Part shown: in pieces, positions 49,774-63,851 of the stretch
Position numbering within the stretch: the stretch's first letter is position 1
Layout: each line of letters starts with the position of its first letter
Assembly (NCBI RefSeq): GCF_006345805.1
Contig: NC_043010.1
Coordinates: 17,794,001-17,858,000 of the forward strand
Source of the DNA: Octopus sinensis
Lineage: Eukaryota
Reading direction: 5' to 3'
DNA: 64,000 nucleotides
Notes under the pieces: model-generated
Database searches by the model: none
What the model was told of the DNA's origin: nothing
What the model saw: the letters and a program-made list of their open reading frames with translations, nothing else
Translations under genes and position numbers: made by a program

Positions 49774-51032
49774 GTAACTTTTTATATTCTTCATATATGT
49801 GACCGTCTCCACAGAATTACATTTGTAGCAGAATTTTAGGCCCAACAATTATTAACAATTACTAAAATTTTCTCCATAACTGTAGCTTGGAGCTGGAATT
49901 AAAACATATTCAAGACCATTCTAGCACTCACAATCAAAATATCAACATTTTCAGTTGTGTAATAATATGAAATTAGTTACCCAACATACTAAGAAATAAG
50001 CATACTCAATTTCATTTACACCAAATAATTTAGGAAGATGACTGGGTTATTTCCCTTGGCTATATATAAGGATCCATTCCAGGGGACCTATTATCGATTT
50101 TTTTTTTCAACAATCTGAGTATGCCATGAGGTTTCCAAACATGAGTTCTACTCACTGATGGGAACCACTGATCTAGATCATTCATTTTAAAAGAGAAAGT
50201 TTCATCAAAATCGATAAAACGATGTAGGAGGACTTAGCTAACAACTCCACAAACATATCCACAGATAGAATTTCCCATATATGTAGTAGATATATATATA
50301 TGAGATTTTGAATTTAATTCACAGACTCCCCACCCCCTGCCCCAGTACTACCTTTGCGCACCGCCAGGAGTCCGAAGACCCCAGGTTGGGAACCATTGAT
50401 CTAGATTGAAACCTTCCATCAAAATTTCATATTAATTTAGGTTTCAAACACCAGCTAAATATAATTAATTTTCTAAATTCTTCATTATTTTCAAAAGTAA
50501 TTGAAAGAAAGGCAGTGGCTACCCACTGAAATGTGGTTAGGAAATGGTTAAGGAATTTTATCTTCCAAATAAAAGATAAAATATGGTTAAGGAATTTTAT
50601 CTTCCAAATAAGAGATAGAATTGTAACAAAATCACCATTCCAATTATCTGTTTGGTGGAATGAAACAGCAATTTTGCAGGATGCCTTCAAATAGAGTAAT
50701 TCTGAGCAGCTTTACAAACCATTATTGTCTTGGAACTTCTATGGTTGGAATGAGAATGATATATCCAGAAACCTGGGTCCGTGTGTATCACGTCAGGCTG
50801 GAGATGGGAACGATGACTTCCCTTTGCAAATACTGATAGGGCACAGATAGTGTGTCAATAGCCAGCTGGAGGAGATGTCTTCCTGGGACTACAAGCTACA
50901 GTAGCATCAACCCTTAAGGGTTAGCCACATTTAGGTGGAAAATATACTTCATGATGTCGTGCAGCTACTGTTTATACCTCGTTCAGAGATTTATTATTAA
51001 TAATTATAATGATAATGGCTTTTCTTTTTCAG

Positions 51033-51144
51033 TTATGTGTCCGGTTAAACAATCTGTCAATGCTGGTGAAGTTGATGTCAGTATATTGTGAATCTCTTAC
51101 ACGTATCTTCCATGTGAAGAAAATAAAAATCTCTTTAAATTCTG
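51033..51144 (+). CDS. exon 24 (LCVRLNNLSML...ISLNS)
   Basis: tttttcag| ... G|gtaaaa; 112 nt, phase 0 to 1; C..LNN motif closing MHD1. Confidence 0.88.
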
Positions 51145-51312
51145 GTAAAATATTTCCTTATTGATTTCTATATATTCAGTTGTTTTTCTTATTCTTAAAA
51201 CTCATAAAACTATTCAACAGACATTTATGCTTTCCTGGTGAGATCCACTAACAGTGAAACATGTCCACAGTTATTACACTCCCTGCTTACAAAGATCAGA
51301 TTTTCCCATTAA

Positions 51313-51532
51313 CCCTTTACTGTTCAAATTAATATGTCAAAAGTAATCCTTATTCATTTACATATTTAAAAATCAATCTGGTATTATCTTGTAGCTTCAA
51401 GATTTGAAAGATGTAATTGTTTATTTTTAGAATGACATTGCAGGGTAGGTGTGAGATACTGGTTCTGGCCAGTCTGAGCATAAAATGAGTAGAATATTTA
51501 GGCCAGATATAGCCGGTTTAAACACTAAAGGG
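51313..51532. mobile_element. piggyBac-type MITE
   Basis: TTAA|CCCTTTA ... TAAAGGG|TTAA. Confidence 0.75.
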
Positions 51533-51833
51533 TTAAACTTAAATATTAAATTTCCTGTGAAATTAATACTTAAATTTTTGAAATTATGTCCATTTTTGGG
51601 GGAGTCATTAACATCTGCCATTAGATGTCTTTTTCTCTTATTACATGACACTTTTATTCAATGTGAACTTTATTATGTATATCATTTAATATCTTTTCAC
51701 CTACACTACCAATCATATAGTTATCATCAAACTCCTTGACATTTAACTAATTAGTAGTCTGTATTTCAAGAAAGGTTTCATATAAGCCAAATTTTAGGGA
51801 GTTGTGCAAATTATCTGTAATGTTATATATAAG

Positions 51834-52060
51834 TGGAGGCACATGGCCTAATGGTTAGAGCAGCGAACTCGCTGTCGAGGGATCACAAGTTCGAATCTTG
51901 AATCTCGGGCGATGTGTGTGTTTATGAGCGAAACACTTAAGCTCCACGCGGCTCTGGCAGAAAGTAATGGTGAGCTTCTGCTGACTCTTTCGCCACAACT
52001 TTCTCTCTTAAATGGCAGTGCCCTAGCATGGCCACAGCTCGTGAGCTGAAACTAGATGAA
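51834..52060 (+). mobile_element. tRNA-derived SINE
   Basis: TGGCCTAATGG A box and GTTCGAATC B box followed by non-tRNA body and a tail shared with family A (ctagcatggccacag). Confidence 0.65.
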
Positions 52061-52460
52061 AATATTGGTATATTGTTGTTGTCAACCTGCTGAATTCTTG
52101 CAAAATCTTCCATACCAAAATGAGATTTTGATCAAGATTTTAATTTGATTACAAACACTTTAGTGTGGGTGTTTTCAGATGGTTTAGCTTTAAAATGGTT
52201 TCAATACCCAGATCTGGAGACATATCACATACATGCCAAGAGAGAGAGAGGGAAAATTTATTAAATTACTAAAACATGAACTTTAATAATTTCAAACATT
52301 TTAAATTGAATTCTGATTAAGAATATTTCAATTTTATTTTCTGGAATTAAATAAAACAATTGAATTTACAAAATTATTTTAATTCCACAAACAAAAAAAA
52401 TCATCGTATGGTGTTAAATAAAACAATTTTTCACTTAAAAAACAAATGTTCACCTGTTAA

Positions 52461-52679
52461 CCCTTTTGATACCAACCCAGCTGAAACCAGCTCTGGCTCT
52501 GTAGTACAAATGTCTTATTTTCAAAAATTCTGAACTGAAATCTTCCAGCAAACCCTTGTCATAATTTACATTCCTAACACTAGCTGAATGATAACTAAGT
52601 TATTTTACTAAATTCTTTGTTATATTTAAAGTAATTGAAAGAAACAGAGTATCTCAACAGAAATACAGTAACGAAAGGG
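52461..52679. mobile_element. piggyBac-type MITE
   Basis: TTAA|CCCTTT ... AAAGGG|TTAA. Confidence 0.75.
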
Positions 52680-53049
52680 TTAAAATGACCAATGGCTTGG
52701 AGCCCATCAGAGACCTTTTCACTTTTCTCTCCTAAACTGTTTCTTCCCATCTCCATCTGTTTATGTTAAATTCAGCAGAATTTATTTTACTTCTAATTTA
52801 AAATTTATTTAGAAAAATATATTCCAGCAGAGTATGGAGTTAATGTTTGATATACAATTGATTTATTATAATTTCATGATCTGAGGTGTCTTATAGTCAT
52901 TTTAGGTTTAATCAAAACATGTATAGGCCTTGTGAATTATAGAAGTGTGTATATGTTAGTTGTATGTATTTTAAATGTATTAGATTTGTATGTGTTATAT
53001 AATAATAATAATAATAATAATATAATAATAATAATAATAATGAAATTAT

Positions 53050-53400
53050 TGTATACAGTGCTCAGGTGCACCACAACTTGTGAAAAAGTGCGTATAAAGT
53101 ATATGCAGTAATGTACAAATGTCTGGAAAGCGAACAGTGTATCAGTCAGATACATGCTTGTGTGTGTATGGAGGGGAGAATATCAGGTGCAGTGTTGGTG
53201 AATCTCAAGAAGCATGGAAGTTTTGAAGGATGCAGTGCTCTGACAACTAACAACTGATACCGGCAGTTTGTTCCATGCTTCAGCAACTCTCAGCATGAAA
53301 AAATGTTTCTGAAAGTCATGGGAGCCGTGCTGTTTTCTGTCTTTGTAAACATGTCCACCGGTGTTAGACAGGTGGAGTTTGAAAAGGTGCTCAGAGTTAT
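53050..53400 (-). mobile_element. CR1-type LINE 3' end fragment
   Basis: Minus translation NTGGHVYK..FFMLRVAEAWNKLP..ASFK. Confidence 0.7.
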
Positions 53401-53591
53401 TGTATTTATTTTATTGTTATTTATGTTATATGTGTATGTTAAATGTATGTGTGTGTATGCGTGCTTAAGATGGATATGTTACTTGCATGTATGTTAACTG
53501 TATGTGTATCTTAGATGCATGCAGGTGAGATGTATGTACATGTCAATTTTCATTTTAACAATTTGTGACATGAAATATTTTCTTTCATTAG

Positions 53592-53704
53592 AAACCCCAG
53601 AAAACTATTGTTGTAAACTACCCCATGTTGTTAACTGGTTGTGTCACTGTCAGGAAGAACTCTCCAAGATTTGGGTTACTCAATGCAAAATACTTGCTTC
53701 AATG
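53592..53704 (+). CDS. exon 25 (TPENYCCKLPH...KILASM)
   Basis: ttcattag| ... ATG|gtaaaa; 113 nt, phase 1 to 0. Confidence 0.85.
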
Positions 53705-55679
53705 GTAAAATTAACTTTATTTCATAAAATATTTATCATCATCATTATCATCATCATTTAACGTCCTTTGTCCATGCTGACATGGGTTAGACGGTTTGAC
53801 TGGGCTGGCATGCTGGAAGGCTATGCCAGGCTCCAGTCTGATTTGGCATGGTTTTCTACAGCTGGATGCCCTTCGTAACACCGACCACTCCGAGAGTGTA
53901 ATGGGTGGTTTTACGTGCCACTAGCATGGGTGCCATTTGTGTGACATCGGTATCTCCCACGACTGAGGTTTTGCTCAACTTGATGGGTCTTCTTCTCAAG
54001 CACAACATAATGCCAAAGGTCTTGGTCATTGCTTCCAAGATGCCCTACATTTGAAAGGAACATCATGTAAATTTAAACTGTAGAAGTGGTAAAAGATAGA
54101 AAAAAGCAAGAGACTGATAACAATAATCTACACCAGTCTCAGTTGTTCTCTGCAAAATCTTTATATTTCTCAGCACCCAATTTAGTTTACTAAGACTAGT
54201 GGTATTCATTTTGTCTCCATATCTAAACTAATTTGGGGACTAAAGGATAGTAACAAAGTATATTCGATTGGCTGGGAAATAACGAGTAATAACGAGTAAG
54301 GCAAAACCTTATAGAATAGGCAATTATAAATGTGACCTTTGTGTGGGAGTACTAGATTTTCAATTTTAAATTTACTCTTATAAACACCAGACACGAACAG
54401 GCCCTAAGATGGCTACACTTGAGAAAATAACCATTTAAATAATTTAAATAAACACAACTCACCATCTATAGTAATTATGCTAGTTATGATTATAATAATG
54501 AATAATATTTATGCTAATAATACTACTATTGATATTAATAATAATAATAACAATAATATCAATTGAGGGTATAAACGCAATATAAGTAGAATACCTCTGA
54601 ATAAATAATGTACTCCATACAGCAACATGTAAACGAAACTGCTCCAATTAATAGAAATCTGAAAAAACCTTTTTAAAACGATGCTTTGAATTATAAGAAA
54701 AGCAGAGGTAAGACCAGAATAAGACCAGAATTTCATTGAATATAAAACATTCTTACGTTCAGCTGAATACCAACACAACACAAGACATTTGTTTGAATCA
54801 GTTCACTTTGAAAACATTGTGAGTGAGGGAACCTTGATGAAATTGTAATGACTAGGATGCATAATTGCATACAAAGCAATGTACACTCGCTGCAGTCAAA
54901 ATGTGTGTTAGTCAGCTCTTTATGCTGGAGAAGACTTTTAAATAAAGAAGTTTTCGGATATGAAATTTCATATATGATAGATCGTTAGCCACTACACACA
55001 TTTTTTTCTCTCCTTGTTTTTTTCTGTGTCCCTTTCTGTAGAAGAGCATAGGCTCGAAACTTAAAAGACTTTTCCAATTCCTGAGCATTATACTAATACA
55101 TCTGTTTGTTTTGTACACCACCTATCTTCATCTTTTGTTTTTTCGTAAACTCTCCCTATATATATATATATATGTACACACACACATACATAATCATCAT
55201 CATTTAATGTCCGTTTTCCATGCTGGCATGGGTTGGATGGTTCAGCTGGGGTCTGGGAAGCCATGAAGCCGCACCAGGCTCCAGTCTGATCTGGCAGTGT
55301 TTCTACAGTTGGATGCTCTTCCTAATGCCAACCACTGTGAGAGTGTAGTGGGTGCTTTTTACATGCCACTGGCACAGGGGCCAGAGGGGGCTGGCAACAA
55401 CCACGGCACCGAAGCCAGTCAAAGCAGTGATATGTGTATGTGTGTGTGTATGTGTATCTATATCGCTGTCATTGGCGGCGGCAGCAGAAAGGATCGATGG
55501 GCCACACTTTCGTGGTCCGTATTTGTACTGAGGATAGCTTCCTTAATTCTTAGATTACTCAAATTTCTATCACCACAACTCAGCCTATTGCACCGACACA
55601 GATGAACAGGACACGTCCACTGAGCGAGATAACACTGACATCGAGTACTCCAGCACACCATCAACAACGAAATGCCTAG

Positions 55680-56036
55680 TCACAGACTTGAGTGGGTCAC
55701 TCTCTCATGAAGAACTAGAACTTCTCAGTCTGGGCCCTAAATTTATCTTGAGTCAACAGCTGAACATGAAAATCTTATTCAACCTGGAAGCTAACTTTTG
55801 TCAAACAGCCTACCAACTCGAATGGCTATCAGTGATAAAGAAGAACAACACACTCGGCAAATTTCCCATGTACCAACTTGACCACCCACTCCACCCACCC
55901 CCAACCAACCGAAAACACAACTAGAAACTATCCAGACTGAAACAGTCTATCTCCAACATCTTAAGGAAGGAATCGAAAATAACTCCAAACTTAACCAAGG
56001 CACAATATGAAACACTGACCAAACTAAAAAACAATT
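55680..56036 (+). mobile_element. Penelope-like retroelement ORF N-terminal fragment
   Basis: LSHEELELLSLGPKF and NLTKAQYETLTKLKN resemble the pre-RT motifs of Penelope-like elements. Confidence 0.65.
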
Positions 56037-56262
56037 TTGACACATCCTCTTTATTCTTCTGATATCTCTCCTACTGATTATCACATATTTGAATACTTTG
56101 AGCTTGCTATACGCAATAAAACATTCTTAAATAAAGAAGAGGTAATTGAAGCATTGAAACAGTTTATCATTGTAAAAGATGACAAATTCTTTGAAGATGG
56201 AATATATGACTTAGAGGAAAGTTGGATGAAGGTCATAAATGAACAAGGATCATATTTTGATT
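56037..56262 (+). mobile_element. Mariner transposase C-terminal fragment
   Basis: HPLYSSDISPTDYHIF...FFEDGIYDLEESWMKVINEQGSYFD. Confidence 0.85.
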
Positions 56263-56609
56263 TGCTAGTCCTAGCTGGTGGGGGTGCTTGCCTCCCCTTT
56301 GCAAATATAAGGACACAGGAAATGTGTCAAAGCTGACAGGAAGCGTCGATGCTTCCTAGGGCTATATAGTGGTGGTATAATTCCCTTTATGGGACTGTCA
56401 CATTATGTTGACTTTATACAACCACTCTATCGCTCCACCACCGCTCATGTCTCGTTGAGACATTTAGAAATTCAATATTTCTAATATATATTTTAAAACT
56501 TAAAAAACAATTTTAATGTTTCTTTTTTCAAATGCGGCATTTCATGTGAGAAAACCTAATATATATACACACACACACACAGACAATTGCTTTCTATATT
56601 TTTTAACAG

Positions 56610-56795
56610 GTTTCTCAGTTCCTCAGCAAATCTGTCAAAATGGTATTGTCTTCATGCGTGGAGAAGAGTGTTCTTGGAAGGAAGCTTGGTCCCCTGACGG
56701 CATACATTAACTGCTTACTGCAACAACTGCGTCAGTGGTTATATCCTTGCAGTTACAACCACGTCATTTCTTCCATTATTATTTCCGTATTACAG
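56610..56795 (+). CDS. exon 26 (VSQFLSK...LGPLTAYINCLLQQLRQWLYP...SVLQ)
   Basis: tttaacag| ... CAG|gtaaaa; 186 nt, phase 0 to 0; MHD2-like L.PL..Y....L. Confidence 0.88.
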
Positions 56796-56935
56796 GTAAA
56801 AACTATTTGAAACATTTGATATCTTAATAATCGTTATTTGCTTAAGTATTTTTACAAATTATTTCATCAAACGATGTTAATTAACAGCAGTTATTTCCCT
56901 TGCATTTTATGTTCAGAATTAACCATTAAAACTAA

Positions 56936-56974
<39 letters not shown>

Positions 56975-58529
56975 TTCTTTTACACATGTAACTTTAGTTA
57001 ATTAAAAATTTGGATTCACTGCATTATTAACTCCCTCTTAATACTAGTAACCCTTTCTCCTATAGGCACAAGGCTTGAAATTTTCAGGGAGAGAGCTAGT
57101 TGATTTCATTGCCCCCCCCCCAAGAGGTTGAAAGGCAAAGTTGACTGAAGTGGGATTTGAACTCATAATGTAAAGAGTTGGGTGAAATGCCACTGAACAT
57201 TTTGTCTGGCACGCTAATGATTCTGCCAGTTTGCTACATTAATAATAATAATAATAAAAATAATAACTACCTGGACCTGTGAAAAATTCAAAAGGTTGCA
57301 AGATGTAATGAAAATTTTAGAAAAATAAAGAAGAAATAAGTGGAAATTTTACTGGTGAGTGTGTTAAAATATAAGGCACCAAAAGAGAATGACTCTCCCC
57401 AGACACAACAAAAAATGCTTCAACACACGAACTCACATAAAGAATCTTGCAAACCAAATCCAAAAATGAAATAAAAAAGTAAGCATCTATAAATTGTATG
57501 CTGGTGCCATGAGAAATGTTTTTATATTGTGACAGTTACAGAATATAGAAAGAAGTGTAAAACCAATAACTATATAATCCAACCAAAATATCTCAGTTAC
57601 GCAGACGTAAACAGAATTACTATTTAGCCTTCGATACATTGTACATATGCAGAGAACCCACTTGGTTTAGTGGTGCGGAAATGAGTTGTAGCTGTAATTT
57701 AAAGGGGCCAGCCTTGTCATATTCTGTGTGAGGCTGAATCTCTGTGGAGTACTCAGCCACTTGTGGTAATGAAAAGTGAAAGTGACATCTAATACTTGCT
57801 GTAGTTATTTGTCTTTCATTTAACAATGTGTGTCTATTTATGTATCAACTTTTCTTTGGATCTATGTATCTACTGTCTCTCTCACTTTCTTTCTCTCTCA
57901 TTTCCTCTGTGTCCCTTCTCTCTCTCACTTTTAATTTAACAATGTGTATATGCATCTATTTATCAACTTTTCTTTCGATCTATGCTTCTACTTTTCTTGC
58001 GATGTGATAAACATTTAAAAACACAAATCGAACACTGTCACCACTCACTGTCTCTTTCTCTCTTTCTCTCTCACTCTCTTTCTCTCTTACTTCCTCTCTG
58101 AAACATTTAAAAACACAAAATGAATGCCATCACCACTCAATGTCTCTTTCACTCTCTCTCTTTCTCTCTCACTCTTCCTCTTACTTCTTGACTTTCCTCC
58201 TCTCTCACTTTGCCACTCACTTCTTCTCTGAAGTAAGTGTGATACACACCACAGGTACGTACATACAAAAAGAACAATTTGGTGTATTAATATTATTGAT
58301 AATCTTTTCTTCTATAAACACAAAGTCTGAAATTTGTGGGGAGGGGATAGTCAATCACATTGACCCCATTATGTGACTGGTACTTAATTTATCGATCCCA
58401 AAAGGATGAAAGGCAAAGTCGACCTCAGAGGAATTTGAACCCAGAACAGTCACTAAGCATTTCATCCAGCATGTTAACGATTCTGCTAGTCTGTGTCTGT
58501 ATATGTATACAATAATGTATGTATATATA

Positions 58530-58828
58530 CAGCAATCCTTCAACTATTGTAGGTGTCACGCTCCAACCCCCCCCCCCCCCCGCAATAGGTGAAAATCTGT
58601 GAAGTAGAAACATTATTGTACCATATATTTTAAAAATTATTTTTATAATTTGTATATATTTATTTTATTATAAATGCAAAACGACACCATGGAGGAATCG
58701 ATGTAAGCTTAAATAATAAACTGTGATACGTGAACTATGATAGGTGAACCACAATAGGTGAACCACGATAGGTGAACCACGATAAGTGAACTGTGATAGG
58801 TGAACCGTGATATGGCGAGGGATTACTC
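58530..58828. mobile_element. Tigger/pogo-like MITE with 14-bp subterminal tandem repeats
   Basis: TA|cagcaatcctt ... gagggattact; (gataggtgaacc(a/g)c) about 6 times at 58721-58812. Confidence 0.65.
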
Positions 58829-59621
58829 TTACTCTCTTTTACTCTTTTACTTGTTTCAGTCATTTGACTGCGGCCATGCTGGAGCACCGCCTTTAATCGA
58901 GCAACTCGACCCTGGGACTTATTCTTTGTAAGCCCAGTACTTATTCTATCGGTCTCTTTTGCTGAACCGCTAAGTGACGGGGACATAAACACACCAGCAT
59001 CGGTTGTCAAGCAATGCTAGGGGGACAAACACAAACATACACGCACACATATATATATATACATACTAGCAGTATCGCCCGGCGTTGCTCAGGTTTGTAA
59101 GGGAAATAACTATAAAGCATTTTTAGAGAGTTATAGCCAAAAAATAGCCAAAAAATGGAAAAAAAATGATGGTAAATTTTTTTTTTGAGAGTAATAAAAG
59201 GTTGAGTTGCGTCCCCTAGACAGTCTGTGGTTTGTTTTTTTTTATTCTCGACCCCATGTCGAATTTATCGATTTTTTTCAGAACTGGGGGAACTTTTCAA
59301 AATTTTCGCTGCGTTAGTTTTGAATTATGACATTGGGCTATGTGTGTGTCAAGTTTCATCAGAATCGGTTGAAAGCCGTGGTCAGGGTGAGGGTACGAGA
59401 AAACAGACACACAGAAACACGCACAGACAAACTGCCGTTTATATAGAGAGAGATATACGACGGGCTTCTTTCAGTTTCTGTCTACCAAATCCACTCACAA
59501 GGCTTTGGTCGGCCCGAGGCCATATTAGAGGACACTTGCCCAAGGTGCCACGCAGTGGGACTGAACCCTGAACCATGTGGTTGGTAGACAAGCTACTTAC
59601 CACACAGCCACTCCTGCGCCT
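58829..59621 (-). mobile_element. SINE family A interrupted by a Helentron-like element
   Basis: Tail half 58829-59060 and head half 59455-59621 are colinear with the reverse complement of 19021-19440. Confidence 0.8.
59064..59454. mobile_element. Non-autonomous Helitron/Helentron (DINE-like) element
   Basis: actagcagtatcgcccggcgttgctc end, acagac microsatellite, tttatatagagagat end; no TSD. Confidence 0.6.
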
Positions 59622-60902
59622 ACTGTATATAATAATGTATATATATAATAATGTGTGTGTATATATAATAATATATAATAATAATAGGGCTGAGTCGATT
59701 ACATTAACCCCAGTGCTCAACTGGTAATTAGTTTATTGAAAAGATGAAAGACACAGTCAACCTCATCGTAATTTGAGCTCAGAATGTTCGGAGCTGGAAG
59801 AAAAACCATTAAGGAATTTGTCCGGCATGCTAACAATTTTGCCAGTTGACCGCCTTGATAATAATGGTTTCCAATTTTGGCACAAGGCCAGCAATTTTGG
59901 GGGAGGGGCCAAGTTGATTACATCAACCCCAAGTTAATTGGTACCTATTTTATTGATCCCCACCCCAAGAGGATGAAAAGCAACGTCAACCTTAGTGGAA
60001 TTTGACTCAGAATGTAAAGGCAAACAAAATTCTGCTAAGCATTTTGCCTGACATGCTAACGATTCTGTCTGCTGGCTCGTTTATGACCTTCGCAATAATA
60101 GTAATAATAAAATGAGGACGATAATGGTTTCTGACTTAGGTAGAAGGCCAGCATTTTTGAGTGGGACAGGGAGGGAGCAGGCAATAAAAGCTCAACTCAG
60201 TACTTCACTGCTATTTATTTTAGTGACCCCCCTACCACCACCACCACAACAGGGGGATAAAAAGCTATGTGAATCTTTGCGGAATTTTATCTTTAAATAT
60301 AAATGGCCATAAATACCACAAGGCATTTTATTGTCTGTCACTGAAATAGTTCTCATCCCAACTCCTGGCTGGATGGTTCATTATTCAAGTCATGCTTTAC
60401 ATTGAATAGAGAAGAGGAAGTGGGGGTAGTGGGGCAGGGGGGAGTACAAGAAATACAAAAGAGAATTCACATAAGAAGTGCAGGATAAGTGCTTGGTGAC
60501 AGGCAGTGAGTAAACAGCACACATACACACACACACATGCATGTGTACATGCGCAATCACGCATGCATGGATACACGCATGCACATGCACTCAATCAGAG
60601 ACACAGAAGAGGAGACAGTGTGAATGATATCAATTATGGGTGGAGTTTGGTAAATGAAAAAAAATTCAATTTCATTTTAAGCTAATAGTTATTCTTTTGA
60701 AAATTAGCATTCATTTCATCATTTTGTGTAAATTAGTGAAATTAATGAAAGTTAAATTACAATCATTGTTTATTTGTCATAAATCCTGATATTATCCATA
60801 ATGGTAAATATATACTTCCAAAGTTACTCATCATATGACATGCAACACTCTAACACACGCACACACACATACATATATATATATGTATATATATATATAC
60901 AC

Positions 60903-60984
<82 letters not shown>

Positions 60985-61519
60985 TATACCAGTCATTGTA
61001 TGATGATGGGAGTAAATAAGAGGGACCTGTCTCTCTTGTCAGTTTGCAGCATCTGTATTTCTGGTGCTGAAGAGGAGATAACCACTCTGAAATGCTGAAA
61101 TGCATACAACCACCAGTCAGATTAGGGAATGCTGCAAGCTGACTCACTGTATTTAAAAATCTATTTGTCTACAGCAAGAAATTTTCTCCACCATCACAAA
61201 ATACAGTGAATAGCTTTCTTACTGGTTCCAACATACCTCAAGCATATTGGAATTGGTAACAGGTTTGTCTATAAATAATAACTGGCACTCCATCTGTTAC
61301 AATGACAAAGGTTCCAGCTGATCTGATCAATGGAACAGCTTGCTCAGGAAATTAATGTGTGTGTGGCTGAGTATTCCACAGACACATGTACCCTTGACGT
61401 AGTTCTCAGATTCAGTGTGACACAGAATGTGACGAGGCTGGCCTCCTTTGAATTACAGGTGCAGATCATTTTTGCCAACTGAGTGGACTAAAGTGTCTTG
61501 CTCAAGGACCTTGTGACCT

Positions 61520-61891
61520 TAACCACTAAACTTGAGCACCATCTGAGCGTGATCGTTGCAAGAGCGGCTAACTGGATTCCGTGCCGGAGCATGTAGGAGG
61601 CACCATTTGAGCGTGATCGTTACCAGCATCGCCTTACTGGCACCTATGCCATTGATGTGTGTAAAAAGATTCAAGCGAAGTCGTTGCCAGTATCGCCTGT
61701 CTGGCCCCCGTGCCAGTGGCACATAAAAGTACCCACTACACTCTCAGAGTGGTTAGCGCTAGGAAGGGCATCCAGCTATAGAAACTCTGCCAGATCAAGA
61801 CTGGAGCCTGGTGCAGCCATCTGGTTCACCAGCCGTCAGTCAAATTATCCAACCCATGCTAACATGGAAAGCAGATGTTAAATGATGGTGA

Positions 61892-61893
<2 letters not shown>
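61520..61893 (+). mobile_element. Family C element
   Basis: Colinear with 33590-33960. Confidence 0.8.
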
Positions 61894-61929
<36 letters not shown>

Positions 61930-62253
61930 AGAATTTACAAAAAAACAAAAAACAAAGACAGGTATATAAATAACAAACAGGTGTATTAGTTTAATGCTCG
62001 GGAAATGAGAAAAATCTTTTACATTTTGAGCCTATGCTCTTCGACGGAAAGGAACATGGAAATAAACATGTTTCCATCTATCAAATCCACTCCCAAGGCT
62101 TTGGTCAGCCTGAGGCTATAGTAGAAGACACTTGCCCAAGGTGCCACGCAGTGGGACTGAACCTTGAACCATGTGGTTCGTAAGCAAGCTACTTACCACA
62201 CAGCCACTCCTACGCCTATATATATATATATATATCCATTTATCTTTTAACAG

Positions 62254-62334
62254 ACATTATCAACTTATATTAAACAAATTCCAGAAATGCATCAAAGAGA
62301 AAAGATAATAAACACCATTTTGCAGTTAACGAAG
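62254..62334 (+). CDS. exon 27 (TLSTYIKQIPEM...LQLTK); gene continues beyond the window
   Basis: tttaacag| ... AAG|gtaagt; 81 nt, phase 0 to 0, no stop reached. Confidence 0.82.
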
Positions 62335-63685
62335 GTAAGTTATTTACTAATTATTTAACAATTACTGAAAAAATTTGTATGCACCCATACTGTCAAATTC
62401 CATGTCAAACATAATTAATCCAGTGCCATCACTTTTATTTCTGGATTAGTAAATTTATTTAATTCCTTCTCTGTTATTAAAATATAAAAAAAGTATATTG
62501 TTACTCGTGTTTGACCCTAGTCAGAACCGAGAGTGAGATAGCCTGTGGTCAAAAACACTTAAGCCATGATCAGGATGACTGCAATCACAACGACCACCAC
62601 AACCACCATTATCATCATTATCGTCATCACCATTATAATGTTCATTTTTCTGTGCTTGCATGGGTCAGATAGAATTCATTGAGACAGATTATCTACAGCT
62701 GGATGCTCTTCCTATCACCAACCCTTCCCTGTTTCCAAGCAATGATGGACACCACTTGTATGAGGTGGAACTCGTTTACAACTGTTGCATCATGTCAAAA
62801 TGAGGAGACACAAATCACACGCACACACACACACACAAGTGTCTTCTTTTAGTTTCCATCTATCAAATTAACTCAAAAGACTTTGGCCAGCCTGGGGCTA
62901 TAGTTGAAGATACTTGCCCAAAGTGCTGTGCAGTGGGACTGAACCTGAAACCATGGGGTTGGGATGCAAGCTTCTTAACCACACAGCTATGTTTGTATGT
63001 GTACAATGGTTTATGCATTGGAGCAATTATTATAACAATTGGATGATGATGATGACGACGATGACGATAATGATGATTTCTACCCTACCACAACCCACGA
63101 GTCAACATGGCAGCCTCTATACGGTCAAACTAATTGCTAGAAATAGAAGCTAAATGTCTCAAGTCACTCTCTACTACCTTAAAAAAATCCTAGAAAACAT
63201 GGGATAAACTCTTATAAACTCTGTGGGTGAAATAAAGACAGGATGGTCAAAGCTGGAATGTCTTCGATTGTAGATATACTTAATCAGTACTGATCTGATT
63301 CCACTAACCACAAAATATGAGTGGTACCTGTCAGGTAGATCAGAACAGGTAAGTTAGATGTTTTGCTTTGAAGAAGGGAATGCTCCAGAATGACATTAAT
63401 ATGAAGAAACTTAAATTCTATAAACTGAAACCAATTATGAGAATTCTGAATTCAAGGAATCTTGTTGGTGGTGTTTGTCTGCAAGGTTCATCCAAAGGAA
63501 AAATATATTTCAGTAGAACATCAACAGCAACCTTTGTTAGATTTTGTGGGAAAGAAAGAAAAAAACCCTTTATTGAGATTGGGAAGAAGAAATAAAAGAA
63601 AAAGATGAAAAGGAAGCTGTGTGTGTATTATTTCAGTCTTTTCATATCAACCTGCCTAAGGCTGCTCTTGGCCCTTTGATATAAG

Positions 63686-63851
63686 TAGGGCCAGCTCAAG
63701 GTGCCGGTAATTTGGGCGGGTGCCTGGAGTGACATATGCTAGGAGGCACCAAAGAGAGTGTCACAAAGACAAGGAAATTTCCTTGACTGTCAGCTTGTTC
63801 ACAGCAAAGTTTATCTTGCCTGGGGTGCCAGCAAATCTAGGTCCAGCCCTG
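63686..63851. mobile_element. hAT-type MITE
   Basis: 8-bp TSD GATATAAG on both sides; TAGGGC...GCCCTG termini. Confidence 0.8.

Noticed and set aside
51834-51910. Possible tRNA gene
   Set aside because: A and B boxes are present but there is no closing acceptor stem and the sequence continues into a SINE body.
63330-63595. Strong donor-like CAG|gtaagt at 63348 and ORF 63368..63595
   Set aside because: No convincing pyrimidine-rich acceptor upstream and no MUN-like sequence, so not added as an exon.
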